Shown piece by piece: positions 11,093-20,664 of a DNA stretch of 64,000 nt. A program made the position numbers and the translations under genes. The DNA lies in the IMG/VR virus record IMGVR_UViG_2608642293_000001, positions 32,001 to 96,000 of that record; one strand, given 5' to 3'. The DNA comes from a virus. Its lineage: Duplodnaviria; Caudoviricetes. Within the stretch, counting starts at the first letter, position 1, and each line of letters starts with the position of its first letter. Below the pieces are notes generated by a model. That model was given only the letters and a program-made list of their open reading frames with translations. It had not been told where the DNA came from and searched no databases.

Positions 11093-12565
11093 ATGAAAAA
11101 TTACTTTAAAAGATATTTGTGTTTATTAATATTTAGTATAAGTCTGATTATCGGGATTTTAGGAAGCAACAGTGCTAAAGCGGAAGATATCTCAAATAAA
11201 TATATTAATGCAGTACCTGTAATGACAAGTAATACAAGCCCATCAGGAGTAGCAAGTGGTGATAATTATTATAATGCAACGGCACCATACAAAGCTTTTG
11301 ATGGAGTGGTTCGTTATGGTTCACCTGGAGATTATCATGCTTGGGGAACAAACAATACTACAGGCAAATTGTGTTATGAATTTCCGCAAAAAAAAGTTAT
11401 ATCTGCATATGCTTTAGATTATAATACAAATAGTTTAACTGAAAGAGCCAAACAATGGACATTTGAAGGATGGGATGGAGCTAAGTGGATTGTTTTAGAT
11501 AGTAGAACAGTAACAGATTGGAAGACCACTGATAGAAGGATTTTCGAGATAAATAATAATATACCGTATATTAAATATCAACTAAACATTACTAGTAACA
11601 ATGGGTGTGTATCAGGCACAGTTAATTTATCTGTTGATGAACTAGAATTATTGGAAAAATTGAATAATTCAAGTATCTCATTAAATGTGTCATCAATGAA
11701 TTTGGCAATAGGACAATCACAACAATTGACAGCAATAACAGATCCAAATGGTATAGGAGTAGCGTGGACGTCATCAGATGAAAGTATTGCGAAATATGAT
11801 ATAGTAACTGGGAAAGTTATAGCAGTAGGCGAAGGTGTTTGCACAATAACAGCGACTACTACTGATGGAAGTAATTTAAGTGCATCATGTACAGTTAATG
11901 TTACAAATCCAATAGTGCCAACGATAACTTTAAATAAAACATCTGACTCTTTAGTTATAGAACAAACAGATAATTTAGTTGCTACAACGACTCCAGCAGG
12001 AGTTCAAGTTACATGGAAATCAAGTGATGAATCAGTAGCCACAGTAGATTCAACAGGGAAAGTTACAGCTCTAAAAGAAGGGCAAGCAGTAATAACAGCT
12101 ACAACAGCTGATGGTTTAACTGCAACATGTGCTGTAACTGTAACTCCAAAAACTGCTGAACCAACAAATCCGGATCCAGATCCAACAGATTCAGAGGATA
12201 TAGTGAATATTGCTCATGCAAAAGGTGATAACACTAATAATGCTGGCGGAGATGTTACAATTATATTTCATGGAGCAGCTGATACTACATTGAGTGTAGT
12301 AAAAACAGCAGATGTAAAGGAAGTATGGGTAGGAGATAATTTTACATATACTATAGTAGTAACTAATACTGGTACAAAGACAGCTAAAGCAGTAATAGTA
12401 AATGATCCGGCTCCTACTCATATTGATTTTGTAGTAAATGGAATAACAACAACTCAAGGAAAGATTGATCCAAGTTCAACATCTAAAAATATTATAGTTA
12501 ATGTTGGGGATATTGCTCCAGGTGCAACAGTTACAATTAAAGTACCAGCAACTGTAATTCTTTAA
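11093..12565 (+). CDS. Secreted protein: discoidin/F5-8-like domain, two Big_2 Ig-like domains and DUF11
   Basis: Signal peptide; YKAFDG motif; W.SSDES.A Big_2 motifs; C-terminal GDNFTYTIVVTNTG. Confidence 0.8.
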   Translation: MKNYFKRYLCLLIFSISLIIGILGSNSAKAEDISNKYINAVPVMTSNTSPSGVASGDNYYNATAPYKAFDGVVRYGSPGDYHAWGTNNTTGKLCYEFPQKKVISAYALDYNTNSLTERAKQWTFEGWDGAKWIVLDSRTVTDWKTTDRRIFEINNNIPYIKYQLNITSNNGCVSGTVNLSVDELELLEKLNNSSISLNVSSMNLAIGQSQQLTAITDPNGIGVAWTSSDESIAKYDIVTGKVIAVGEGVCTITATTTDGSNLSASCTVNVTNPIVPTITLNKTSDSLVIEQTDNLVATTTPAGVQVTWKSSDESVATVDSTGKVTALKEGQAVITATTADGLTATCAVTVTPKTAEPTNPDPDPTDSEDIVNIAHAKGDNTNNAGGDVTIIFHGAADTTLSVVKTADVKEVWVGDNFTYTIVVTNTGTKTAKAVIVNDPAPTHIDFVVNGITTTQGKIDPSSTSKNIIVNVGDIAPGATVTIKVPATVIL

Positions 12566-12611
12566 ATATATGATTGACTTGAAGCAAGATAAAATGAGGG
12601 AGAAATGATAA

Positions 12612-13601
12612 ATGAAAAATTATTTTAAGAAATTTGGTATCATGTTTGTAATGTTATTAGCTATTATAGGCGTTGGAACGATTCAAAATGGAAATATAGC
12701 TAATGCAGCTACTGTTGGACAGCAACTATCATCCCCTGAGAGCGGGTGGAGAAGATTTACATACCAATCTCCAGAAATTAATTACATCGGAAGCGGATGG
12801 ACAGATTCTAATAATAAAGGGTATCAAATTTATACTCAAAATGCAGGTGATAAAATAGAAATATTCTTCTATGGAACTAAGTTTAGATATATTGGTACTT
12901 ATCACAATTCACATAATACAGACGTTAGAGTGAGCATTGATAATCAAGAATCATCGATAAATCAATATATAAATAGTTCAACAGGAACAACATATGTGTT
13001 GCAGTTAGAAAAATTAAATTTAGAAAAAAAAGTACATAAAGTTGATATCTATACCAATACTTCACCTGGTCCAAGATTTGTAGGAATAGATATAGACTCA
13101 GATGGCGAACTATTACCATGTAATGAATCAATCTCATTAGATCAATCATCAATGGATTTAAAAGTAGATGATTCACAGTCATTAAAAGCAACAACAACTC
13201 CAGCAGCAGTAGGAGTTGTATGGAAATCTTCAGATGAATCTGTTGCAAAGTACGATAAATCTACAGGGAAAGTAATAGCAACAGGAGAAGGAAAGTGTAC
13301 TATTACTGCGACTATAGACGATGGATATAACGTAAGTGCATCATGTACAGTAAATGTAATTCCAAAAACTAATGAACCAACTGAACCTCAAGATCCTGTA
13401 GGAGATGGAACTTTATTTATAGAATTAGTAGATGGAAATATAAAGAGCTATGATGTTTCAAGTCAAGAAATAACTAATTTTATAAATTGGTATAAAAACA
13501 GAGATTTAGATGATTCACAATCACCAGTATATAAATTTAAAAAGGGTGATTATACAGACTATGTAGTACATGATAAAATAGATTGGTTTGAAGTAAGATA
13601 A
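12612..13601 (+). CDS. Secreted Ig-like (Big_2) domain protein
   Basis: Signal peptide, PESGWRR motif, WKSSDESVA Big_2 domain. Confidence 0.8.
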   Translation: MKNYFKKFGIMFVMLLAIIGVGTIQNGNIANAATVGQQLSSPESGWRRFTYQSPEINYIGSGWTDSNNKGYQIYTQNAGDKIEIFFYGTKFRYIGTYHNSHNTDVRVSIDNQESSINQYINSSTGTTYVLQLEKLNLEKKVHKVDIYTNTSPGPRFVGIDIDSDGELLPCNESISLDQSSMDLKVDDSQSLKATTTPAAVGVVWKSSDESVAKYDKSTGKVIATGEGKCTITATIDDGYNVSASCTVNVIPKTNEPTEPQDPVGDGTLFIELVDGNIKSYDVSSQEITNFINWYKNRDLDDSQSPVYKFKKGDYTDYVVHDKIDWFEVR

Positions 13602-13678
13602 AATTAAAAATTTTAGAAATCCTAAATAATAACTATAAAAAATTAATACTAGAATCATTTATAATAGTAAGTGAACTA

Positions 13679-13707
13679 AGGACATCTACCAAGTGTAGGT
13701 GTCTTTT
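13679..13707 (+). terminator. Rho-independent terminator
   Basis: aggacatctac-caagt-gtaggtgtctt followed by T residues. Confidence 0.6.
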
Positions 13708-13742
13708 GCTATATGAAAATAACTAGTAGAAAGAGGTGTAAT

Positions 13743-13979
13743 ATGAATGAAGAATTAGTAAAAGACAAAATTGAAACTCACGAAAGAAGGCTTAATAATC
13801 ATGGAGATAGACTAGATAAGCTTGAGCAGGATGGAAGAGAGTTAAAAACAGAACTTAAGAACCTATGTGAAAATCTTAAAAACTTAACAAGTATGATGAA
13901 GTGGTTTATAACTGCAATTGGAGGAGCTTTAATAAGCTTCTTTTTTTATGCAGTTCAGACAGGAATATTTAATAAATAA
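13743..13979 (+). CDS. Hemolysin XhlA-family lysis protein
   Basis: Coiled coil plus C-terminal TM helix; start set at the ATG after RBS GAGGTG. Confidence 0.8.
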   Translation: MNEELVKDKIETHERRLNNHGDRLDKLEQDGRELKTELKNLCENLKNLTSMMKWFITAIGGALISFFFYAVQTGIFNK

Positions 13980-13994
13980 TTGGAGGTATGTAAA

Positions 13995-14435
13995 ATGATA
14001 AGAACAGCATTAAAGTTGATAATTAAGGTATTAGAAAGTAAGTTAATTAAAAGTGGACTAGAGGAAACTATACTAAAGAATAAAAATTATATTACTGTAG
14101 GTAAAGCTATTTGGAACATAGTAGACGAGAATTTTAGAATAAGCAAAACTGTAGAGGAAAAGGTATTATCTAAAGCAGATCAGTTTGATAAATTGCTATT
14201 AGCTAAGTTTCCAGAACTAAGCCAAGATGATGTGGCAGAAATAAGGCAAGCAATAGCAGGAGAAATAAATCAAGGGAAAGCAGCAGTAGTAGATAATTCT
14301 ACTTTACTTAAAGAGCTACAAAATGATAATGATAATTTAAAAGCTGAATTGGCAGCATTAACAGAACAATTTAATAAAGTCCAAGCATTAATGGTAAAGC
14401 CCGCTGATGCAAACATACAACAAGTTACAGCATAG
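13995..14435 (+). CDS. Putative holin
   Basis: Lies between XhlA and endolysin; RBS GGAGG. Confidence 0.55.
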   Translation: MIRTALKLIIKVLESKLIKSGLEETILKNKNYITVGKAIWNIVDENFRISKTVEEKVLSKADQFDKLLLAKFPELSQDDVAEIRQAIAGEINQGKAAVVDNSTLLKELQNDNDNLKAELAALTEQFNKVQALMVKPADANIQQVTA

Positions 14436-14494
14436 TTTTTAGAGTGACCTTTATAGGTTGCTCTTATTTTTTTATTATAGAAAGGATGACATAA

Positions 14495-15280
14495 ATGAAA
14501 GGTATAGATGTAAGTAATCATAATGGGAATATAAATTTTGTACAGGTGAAAGATTCAGGAATAGAAGCTGTTTACATTAAAGCTACAGAAGGGACAACTT
14601 TTAAAGATAGTTATCTAGATACTAATTATTCAAATGCACATTATGTAGGATTGAAGACAGGATTCTATCATTTTCTAGTTGGGACTAGTGCTCCGGAAAC
14701 TCAGGCCAATAGTTTTTATAATGCTATAAAGGATAAAGCAAATGATCTAATTCCAATGTTAGATGTAGAAAGTAATTTTGATGGACTAATGGATTATATT
14801 TTAAGATTCATTGCTAAATTTAAAGAGCTATCTAATATGCAAATTGGTATTTATACTTACACTAGCTTTATGGATAACTTAGATGACAGAATTGCAGATT
14901 ATCCATTATGGGAAGCAAATTATAACAATACTCCATGGAAATTAAATTCTAATTTCTTTACTAATAGAGTGGGGCATCAATATAGTGAAACAGGAACAGT
15001 AAGTGGAATAAATACTGATTGCGATATGAATGAGTTTAATGATGGAATATTAAATAAAACTACTGGATATGTAAGAACTACTTATCTTCCAAACGGGTAT
15101 AGAGGTGATGGTAGTTTTGTAGGAGTGGACATGGAATATGTACAGGAATATTTTAAGGATATTCGTATTTATGCAAATTCAAATGATAAAGGAATTTGGG
15201 TTGAAACTCAGAACTTACCTATGAGCAAATGCTTAGAATTAAAAGATATATTAGGAAGTTGGTTTTATGACATAAAGTAA
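14495..15280 (+). CDS. Endolysin, glycoside hydrolase family 25
   Basis: GIDVS.HNG, YIKATEG, GFYHF, LDVE and HQYS motifs. Confidence 0.93.
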   Translation: MKGIDVSNHNGNINFVQVKDSGIEAVYIKATEGTTFKDSYLDTNYSNAHYVGLKTGFYHFLVGTSAPETQANSFYNAIKDKANDLIPMLDVESNFDGLMDYILRFIAKFKELSNMQIGIYTYTSFMDNLDDRIADYPLWEANYNNTPWKLNSNFFTNRVGHQYSETGTVSGINTDCDMNEFNDGILNKTTGYVRTTYLPNGYRGDGSFVGVDMEYVQEYFKDIRIYANSNDKGIWVETQNLPMSKCLELKDILGSWFYDIK

Positions 15281-15323
15281 TATGATATAATATCTATTGC
15301 TAAATTGCATATACTCTGTTGTA

Positions 15324-15367
15324 AAGGTAGATTAGGTAGAAATACTTAGTCTACCTTTTATTTTTTT
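15324..15367 (+). terminator. Rho-independent terminator
   Basis: aaaggtagattagg...cttagtctaccttt followed by T tract. Confidence 0.65.
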
Positions 15368-15511
15368 GAATGAAAATACTACAAAATATATGAATTGTTT
15401 ACATAATATGTTGACTTCCGCTTTATGAAATTATATACTTTTTTGGTAAAATAATAATGTTTGTCTATAAAACATAGAGCTATTTTATAATAATTTTATC
15501 AAGGGGGATTT

Positions 15512-17047
15512 ATGAATAATTATTTTAAGAAGATTATTTTATTTTTCTGTATTTTTTGTGCTTTTGTTATGCCTTTGCGATCTAACATTGCTAAGGCTAA
15601 TCCTATTGCCATAGGAGCTGTGGAGTTTGCGGAGGGGTCTTTAGGTGGTGTCGTTACTGGTGGAGCGGGTTATGCCGGATATGATATTATTGATCGTTAT
15701 AAAAAAGAAGCTTCGGATTTTATTATTAAAAAGTCTCTTTCAACTCTCACTAATACTTTTTTAAAATTTTATTCAGATAGTAGTGGTCAAAAGTATGTAG
15801 GTATTGATGGTACTGGATTAGATGAATTGCAATCTATGTTGAATGATTTTAGGCATTCTAGTATTCCAGTTTCTACTAATTATACTACTTCTAATACGTC
15901 TAGTGGTGCTGTTAATGGTGTTTCTGAGCCTTATATGCTTAATGGTTTTTATATGGTTCCTTTTTATATTCAATCTACTAAAATTGCTTTTCCTTCTTTT
16001 AAAGTTCAAGCATATGATACTGTTAATATTCAAGTTCAGAATTATCAATCTAGTGTTTATACTTGTACTATTACTCCTGCAGTTGATACTTACTATCGTT
16101 TAAATATGTATAATGCTCCTTATGCTAATATTCAATTTAGTAAAGATGATGGATTAACTTGGTCTGATTATTTGTATCATTTTGCCGCTGGTAATGCTGC
16201 TGGTCGATATATTGGTATAGGTTACACTACTACTTCTAATACTGTTTATGTTCCAGCAACTGATGTAATCACTGGTACTGGCATTGACGGAAAGGCTAGT
16301 GATTCAGTTGGTGATGGTGTTGTTGCAGTTCCTATAAGTTGTCAATATCAAGATGATGGTACAGTTGTTTATACTCCAATTGAAGGTGCGAGTGTTGGAG
16401 TTGTTAGCGGATTAACTAAAGATACTAGCAATTCAACGGATATTGATGATAACTATGAAATAAAAATAAATAGAGATAGCATAGATAGAATATTTAATAG
16501 CAAGCAAGGTCATTTAACCAGTAATACAGCAGAAAATAGAAAGATATTAGAGCTTATTGCTAATAACGCACATAACTATATTGGTATGGACGACTATGAG
16601 AATGAGTGGTATACTAGCATTAATTCGGATGGAACACAAACGTGGGTAGAAGTTACTAATAATGAGATAGTAAACGGTGGAATCAACGAAATTCCTATAA
16701 AATTTGAATTAACTAATTCAGCAGATGATGTTACTCAACCAAATACTACTACAGGAGCGGCTATTACAATAAGTGAAAAGAATAAAGACCATATTTTTCG
16801 AGAAGCATCAGGACATCTAACAGAAGATACACCAGAAAATAGAAAAATTTTAGAGGATGTAGCAAATAACGAAGAGAATTATTTAGGAAGCGATAAATAT
16901 GGTAATGAGTGGTATGCCAAAGTTAACGAGGATGGAACTCAAACTTGGGTGCAAGTACGAGGTACTGAAATTAGAAATGGAGGAGTTAATGAATTACCTA
17001 TAGGCTTTGATATTAATACAGGGTTATCTAGTCCTGTAAAGCCGTAA
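15512..17047 (+). CDS. Secreted polymorphic-toxin-like protein with a duplicated C-terminal toxin domain
   Basis: Signal peptide; two copies of (H/R)IF....GHL...T.ENRKILE..ANN..NY.G.D.Y.NEWY...N.DGTQTWV.V...EI.NGG.NE.P, a domain recognised from Rhs/CdiA-type C-termini. Confidence 0.65.
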   Translation: MNNYFKKIILFFCIFCAFVMPLRSNIAKANPIAIGAVEFAEGSLGGVVTGGAGYAGYDIIDRYKKEASDFIIKKSLSTLTNTFLKFYSDSSGQKYVGIDGTGLDELQSMLNDFRHSSIPVSTNYTTSNTSSGAVNGVSEPYMLNGFYMVPFYIQSTKIAFPSFKVQAYDTVNIQVQNYQSSVYTCTITPAVDTYYRLNMYNAPYANIQFSKDDGLTWSDYLYHFAAGNAAGRYIGIGYTTTSNTVYVPATDVITGTGIDGKASDSVGDGVVAVPISCQYQDDGTVVYTPIEGASVGVVSGLTKDTSNSTDIDDNYEIKINRDSIDRIFNSKQGHLTSNTAENRKILELIANNAHNYIGMDDYENEWYTSINSDGTQTWVEVTNNEIVNGGINEIPIKFELTNSADDVTQPNTTTGAAITISEKNKDHIFREASGHLTEDTPENRKILEDVANNEENYLGSDKYGNEWYAKVNEDGTQTWVQVRGTEIRNGGVNELPIGFDINTGLSSPVKP

Positions 17048-17071
17048 TAAAACAATAGGAAGGTTGATAAT

Positions 17072-17263
17072 ATGAACTTAACAATTGAAGAATCGTATAA
17101 AGCAATGATACATTTTTTAGAGAAATATTATGAAAGAACAAAGTCTGATGATGTAGGTGGATTGCTAGGTGATATGATACTTTTAGGAAATGGTATGACT
17201 GCAGATCCAGCTTCATGGAATGATTGGTTAGAATCAGTTGAAGAAATAAAGAATGAAAAATAG
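17072..17263 (+). CDS. Putative cognate immunity protein
   Basis: 63 aa acidic ORF right after the toxin; FLEKYYERTKSDDVGGLLGDM...ADPASWNDW. Confidence 0.6.
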   Translation: MNLTIEESYKAMIHFLEKYYERTKSDDVGGLLGDMILLGNGMTADPASWNDWLESVEEIKNEK

Positions 17264-17300
17264 TTTCAGTAAAAATTTAAACTAATGAAATAACTATAAA

Positions 17301-17343
17301 AGAACTTAGTAAAAGTGTACAAGCTTTGCTGGGTTCTTTTTTA
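17301..17343 (+). terminator. Rho-independent terminator
   Basis: aagaacttagtaaaag...ctttgctgggttctt followed by T tract. Confidence 0.55.
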
Positions 17344-17490
17344 ATATAACAAATATGATAATTCCTATAAAGCTAACAGCGATAATAGATAGCGTTAGAC
17401 TGCCAAGATACAAGATAATTACAAGATTCTTTTATGCATTAAGTCTTATAGGGTAGTAAAGAGAAATCTTTATTACCCTTATTTTTTTGC

Positions 17491-17553
17491 ATAAAAACAG
17501 AGATAGCGAAAGAATCAGGTGAATGACAGTAAAGCTATCTCTGTTGGATTAAT
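17491..17553 (-). ncRNA. Putative small hairpin RNA
   Basis: Minus-strand TATAAT (17564-17559), 12-bp stem, U tract, no ORF. Confidence 0.3.
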
Positions 17554-17841
17554 GTAACATTATATTTTAATTATTAATACTATTTGAATAAATTGTACGT
17601 AAGACTATAATAAAAAGGCAGTAGCCTAAGCTACCACCAGTCCATTTTGCATAATTAGTATAACTTAAATTGATTATCCAGGTCAAGAAATATAAGGAAT
17701 AAGTAAATGAGGTATACTATCTTTGTTAACCTTCATAAAATTCCATAATTTATTGGATACTATTAACATGCATTTTAAAGGAATTAAGTAGAAAATGTAG
17801 AAATTAAAGTATGGAAAGATGAAATTTAAGGGGGATAAATA

Positions 17842-18672
17842 ATGACAATTTTACTATTTATGGTCTGCTTAGTTTGTCTTATAGCAGGACTTATTAAGCC
17901 AAGTAAATTAATTTTTTGGAAGGAACAAGAGCAGAGAACTAGAAAAAATGTACTAAAATATTTTGGATTAGCAACAATTATATCATTTGCTTTAGTGGGA
18001 ATATTTAATCCCAGTAACCATAGCAATACTAATGTTGCAAGTGCTAAAAAGGAAACAATAAAAAATACTGAGACACAAGAAAAACAAGAGACTAAAGAAG
18101 TCAAAGAAACGAAAAAGTCTGGATGGATACAGGAAAATGGAAGCTGGTATTTATATGGTGATGATGGAAGTCCAAAGACAGGATGGATTAAAGATAATAA
18201 TAAGTCGTATTATTTTAACTCAGCAGGAGTTTTACAAACTGGTTGGATAAAAGATCATGGTAAGGATTATTATCTAGATAAATCTGGAGTTATGCAGACC
18301 GGATGGAAAGAAAGTGATGGTAAATGGTATTACTTAAATTCTGATGGTTCAATGGCATCAAATGCAACTGTTGATGGATACTATTTATCTTCGAGTGGAG
18401 CAATGGAAGATAAGAGCTCAAGTATTTCAGATGGAAATAGTAGCTCAGTTTCAGCTAATAACTCAAATTCAAATAGTAGTACAGTTAAAAGTAGTAGTTC
18501 AGGTGGAAATCAATATGTAGATGCAAATGGGAATGGACTTATAAAGGGAAGTAAGAATCATATATATCATGTGCCTGGTAGTACATATTATAGCAGGACT
18601 AAGAATGTTGAACAATGGTTTAAGACAGTAGAAGAAGCAGAAGCTGCTGGTTACAGAGCTCCTGAAAAGTAG
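17842..18672 (+). CDS. Membrane-anchored cell-wall-binding (choline-binding repeat) protein
   Basis: Two N-terminal TM helices, TGW....GKWYYL repeats, C-terminal [13 protein letters not shown]...[10 protein letters not shown] domain. Confidence 0.8.
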   Translation: MTILLFMVCLVCLIAGLIKPSKLIFWKEQEQRTRKNVLKYFGLATIISFALVGIFNPSNHSNTNVASAKKETIKNTETQEKQETKEVKETKKSGWIQENGSWYLYGDDGSPKTGWIKDNNKSYYFNSAGVLQTGWIKDHGKDYYLDKSGVMQTGWKESDGKWYYLNSDGSMASNATVDGYYLSSSGAMEDKSSSISDGNSSSVSANNSNSNSSTVKSSSSGGNQYVDANGNGLIKGSKNHIYHVPGSTYYSRTKNVEQWFKTVEEAEAAGYRAPEK

Positions 18673-18827
18673 AGTAATAATAAGAGAAAATAGCAACCAA
18701 TATAGAGATAGCAGGGAGAATGGGGATGTGCTATCTCTATTTTTGTGCATTAAATATTTTATATTTGACAAAGATACCAAATAATATACAATTATGGTAT
18801 AAAGATGTATGAGAGGGGATTTTAATA

Positions 18828-19481
18828 ATGAAGAAGAGACTTTTAGCTAGTTTACTAACAGGATTATTAATTGTAGGAGTTTTACCAGTAGGTGCAAGTG
18901 CAGAATGGAAACGTGATAATACTGGATGGTGGTATTCTGATTGGGATTCATGGTACATAGGTTGGAAAGAAATAGACGGAAAATGGTATTATTTTGATTA
19001 TAATGGATACATGGCACATGATACAACAATAGACGGATATCAACTAGGATCAGATGGTGCAAGAATAGAAAGGATATATCAAGCAGGAGAGAAATGGATA
19101 GTTGATGGTCAATGGGAATTCACTATTAATTCAGTTGAATCTACAAAATACAGAAATGAATTTTGGGATAAAAACCCTGAACAAGTTGTAATTATTAATT
19201 ACTCTTACAAAAATTTAGGATACTCTAACAGTTATATGGATTTATATTTTAGTAGCTTTACTGTTATGGATGAAAAGGGAGTTGTTGCAGAGCTTTATCC
19301 AGCAAATACTAAATATTCTCCAAAAGAAACTCCTATTGGAGCAACATGTGACAAGGCACAAGCTGGATATGGATTATCTAATAAGAGTTCCTCAATAACA
19401 ATACAAGTGGAAGAATACTCTCATGACTCAAGCGGTAATAGTCAAAAACAAAAGGCAACATTTAAAGTACCAGTAAAATAA
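18828..19481 (+). CDS. Secreted cell-wall-binding repeat protein with a DUF4352-like C-terminus
   Basis: Signal peptide ending ASA, GWKEIDGKWYYF repeat. Confidence 0.75.
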   Translation: MKKRLLASLLTGLLIVGVLPVGASAEWKRDNTGWWYSDWDSWYIGWKEIDGKWYYFDYNGYMAHDTTIDGYQLGSDGARIERIYQAGEKWIVDGQWEFTINSVESTKYRNEFWDKNPEQVVIINYSYKNLGYSNSYMDLYFSSFTVMDEKGVVAELYPANTKYSPKETPIGATCDKAQAGYGLSNKSSSITIQVEEYSHDSSGNSQKQKATFKVPVK

Positions 19482-19500
19482 ATTATGTAAGGGGGATTTA

Positions 19501-20136
19501 ATGATGAAGAAAAAACTTATAGCTAGTGTATTAGCGTTGTTTACAATAATTAGTTTAGTTGGGTGTGGCAGTACTCAAACGACTGCGAGTGCAGATACAA
19601 AAGAAACTGTTAAGCAAGAAGATACTAACCCAAATGAGAAGACAGTAGATGGCATTAAATTTACATTAGAAGGTGTAACTAGAGAACCTGTAAAAGGGGA
19701 TAGAACAAAAGATGATTTTGCACAAAATAATGGAGAGTATTTTGCTATTGGACCTAAAGTTGTAAAAGCATCAGATTATGAAAATATAGTTATCAACCTA
19801 AAAATTGAAAATACTACAGATAAAGCAATTGAAATTTCAGAATATGGTTGGACCGCAAAGATGAAAGATGGATATAAATTAAATGATAGTTTAAACGATA
19901 AAGATATTGATAAACAAATAGCTTCGCATAATGATATTGAGGGAGCAATTAAAATATTAGTAGAAAAAAAATTAGACGTAAAAGAATTTAACTTAAATTA
20001 TAATTTAATTGACTACACTAATTTTGATAAAATGTTAGGTGAGGCTGTTTCTGGGAAAAGTGAAGCTGAATGTAAAGCTAAATACCCAGAACTTTTCAAA
20101 GAAAATTATGTTACATTTAATATTCAGGTTAACTGA
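19501..20136 (+). CDS. Lipoprotein (DUF4352-like)
   Basis: Lipobox LVGC. Confidence 0.7.
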   Translation: MMKKKLIASVLALFTIISLVGCGSTQTTASADTKETVKQEDTNPNEKTVDGIKFTLEGVTREPVKGDRTKDDFAQNNGEYFAIGPKVVKASDYENIVINLKIENTTDKAIEISEYGWTAKMKDGYKLNDSLNDKDIDKQIASHNDIEGAIKILVEKKLDVKEFNLNYNLIDYTNFDKMLGEAVSGKSEAECKAKYPELFKENYVTFNIQVN

Positions 20137-20152
20137 TAGATTAAAGCTAGAA

Positions 20153-20305
20153 TTAAATTTCTAGCTTTTTTGTTGAGTAAATTATTATTCTATCTATCAA
20201 TATACCATATAAAACCAAAGGATCTACATGTCCAGTAAAAGTTAAAATTGCAACTACAATAATTAGCGTTATATAGAAATGAGATTTGCTTGAAATAAAG
20301 TCCAT
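20153..20305 (-). CDS. Small hydrophobic membrane protein (50 aa)
   Basis: RBS GAGGTG; MDFISSKSHFYITLIIVVAILTFTGHVDPLVLYGILIDRIIIYSTKKLEI; below the ORF-track cutoff. Confidence 0.55.
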   Translation of the reverse strand: MDFISSKSHFYITLIIVVAILTFTGHVDPLVLYGILIDRIIIYSTKKLEI

Positions 20306-20375
20306 AATACACCTCACAATATAATAATATTTTAATTATTTCCAATACATGGTAAAATATACGTGAGGTGATTTT

Positions 20376-20549
20376 GTGACTAAAAAAGTAGGCAAGTATG
20401 AGTATGAAAAAGCAGAAACAACATTTAACATTAACGATGAACTTGATATGGAAATATATAAATTTTTGCTAGAGAATAGTAAAGTTATAGGTAAAAGCAA
20501 TTATATAAAACAACTTTTGTATGAAAAAATGCTTAAGAGTAAGGAATAA
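20376..20549 (+). CDS. Small ribbon-helix-helix-like DNA-binding protein (57 aa)
   Basis: RBS GAGGTG plus GTG; ...TFNINDELDMEIYKFL...KSNYIKQLLYEKM. Confidence 0.55.
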   Translation: MTKKVGKYEYEKAETTFNINDELDMEIYKFLLENSKVIGKSNYIKQLLYEKMLKSKE

Positions 20550-20580
20550 ACCTTACTCTTATTTTTTTTTATAATTTTTT

Positions 20581-20620
20581 AATAAATTTCAGAAACTTTA
20601 GGAAACTTTATTAAATTTAT
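20581..20620. repeat. Four 10-bp-phased AAA(C/T)TT repeats, parC-like
   Basis: aataaatttc agaaacttta ggaaacttta ttaaatttat directly upstream of parM. Confidence 0.45.
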
Positions 20621-20664
20621 TGCATAGAATAAACCATAAGATAAATGAAAAGGAGCTAGAATTT

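Noticed and set aside
15843-16103. Hydrophobic 86-aa alternative-frame ORF
   Set aside because: By-product of the T-rich codon usage of the 15512 gene; no RBS
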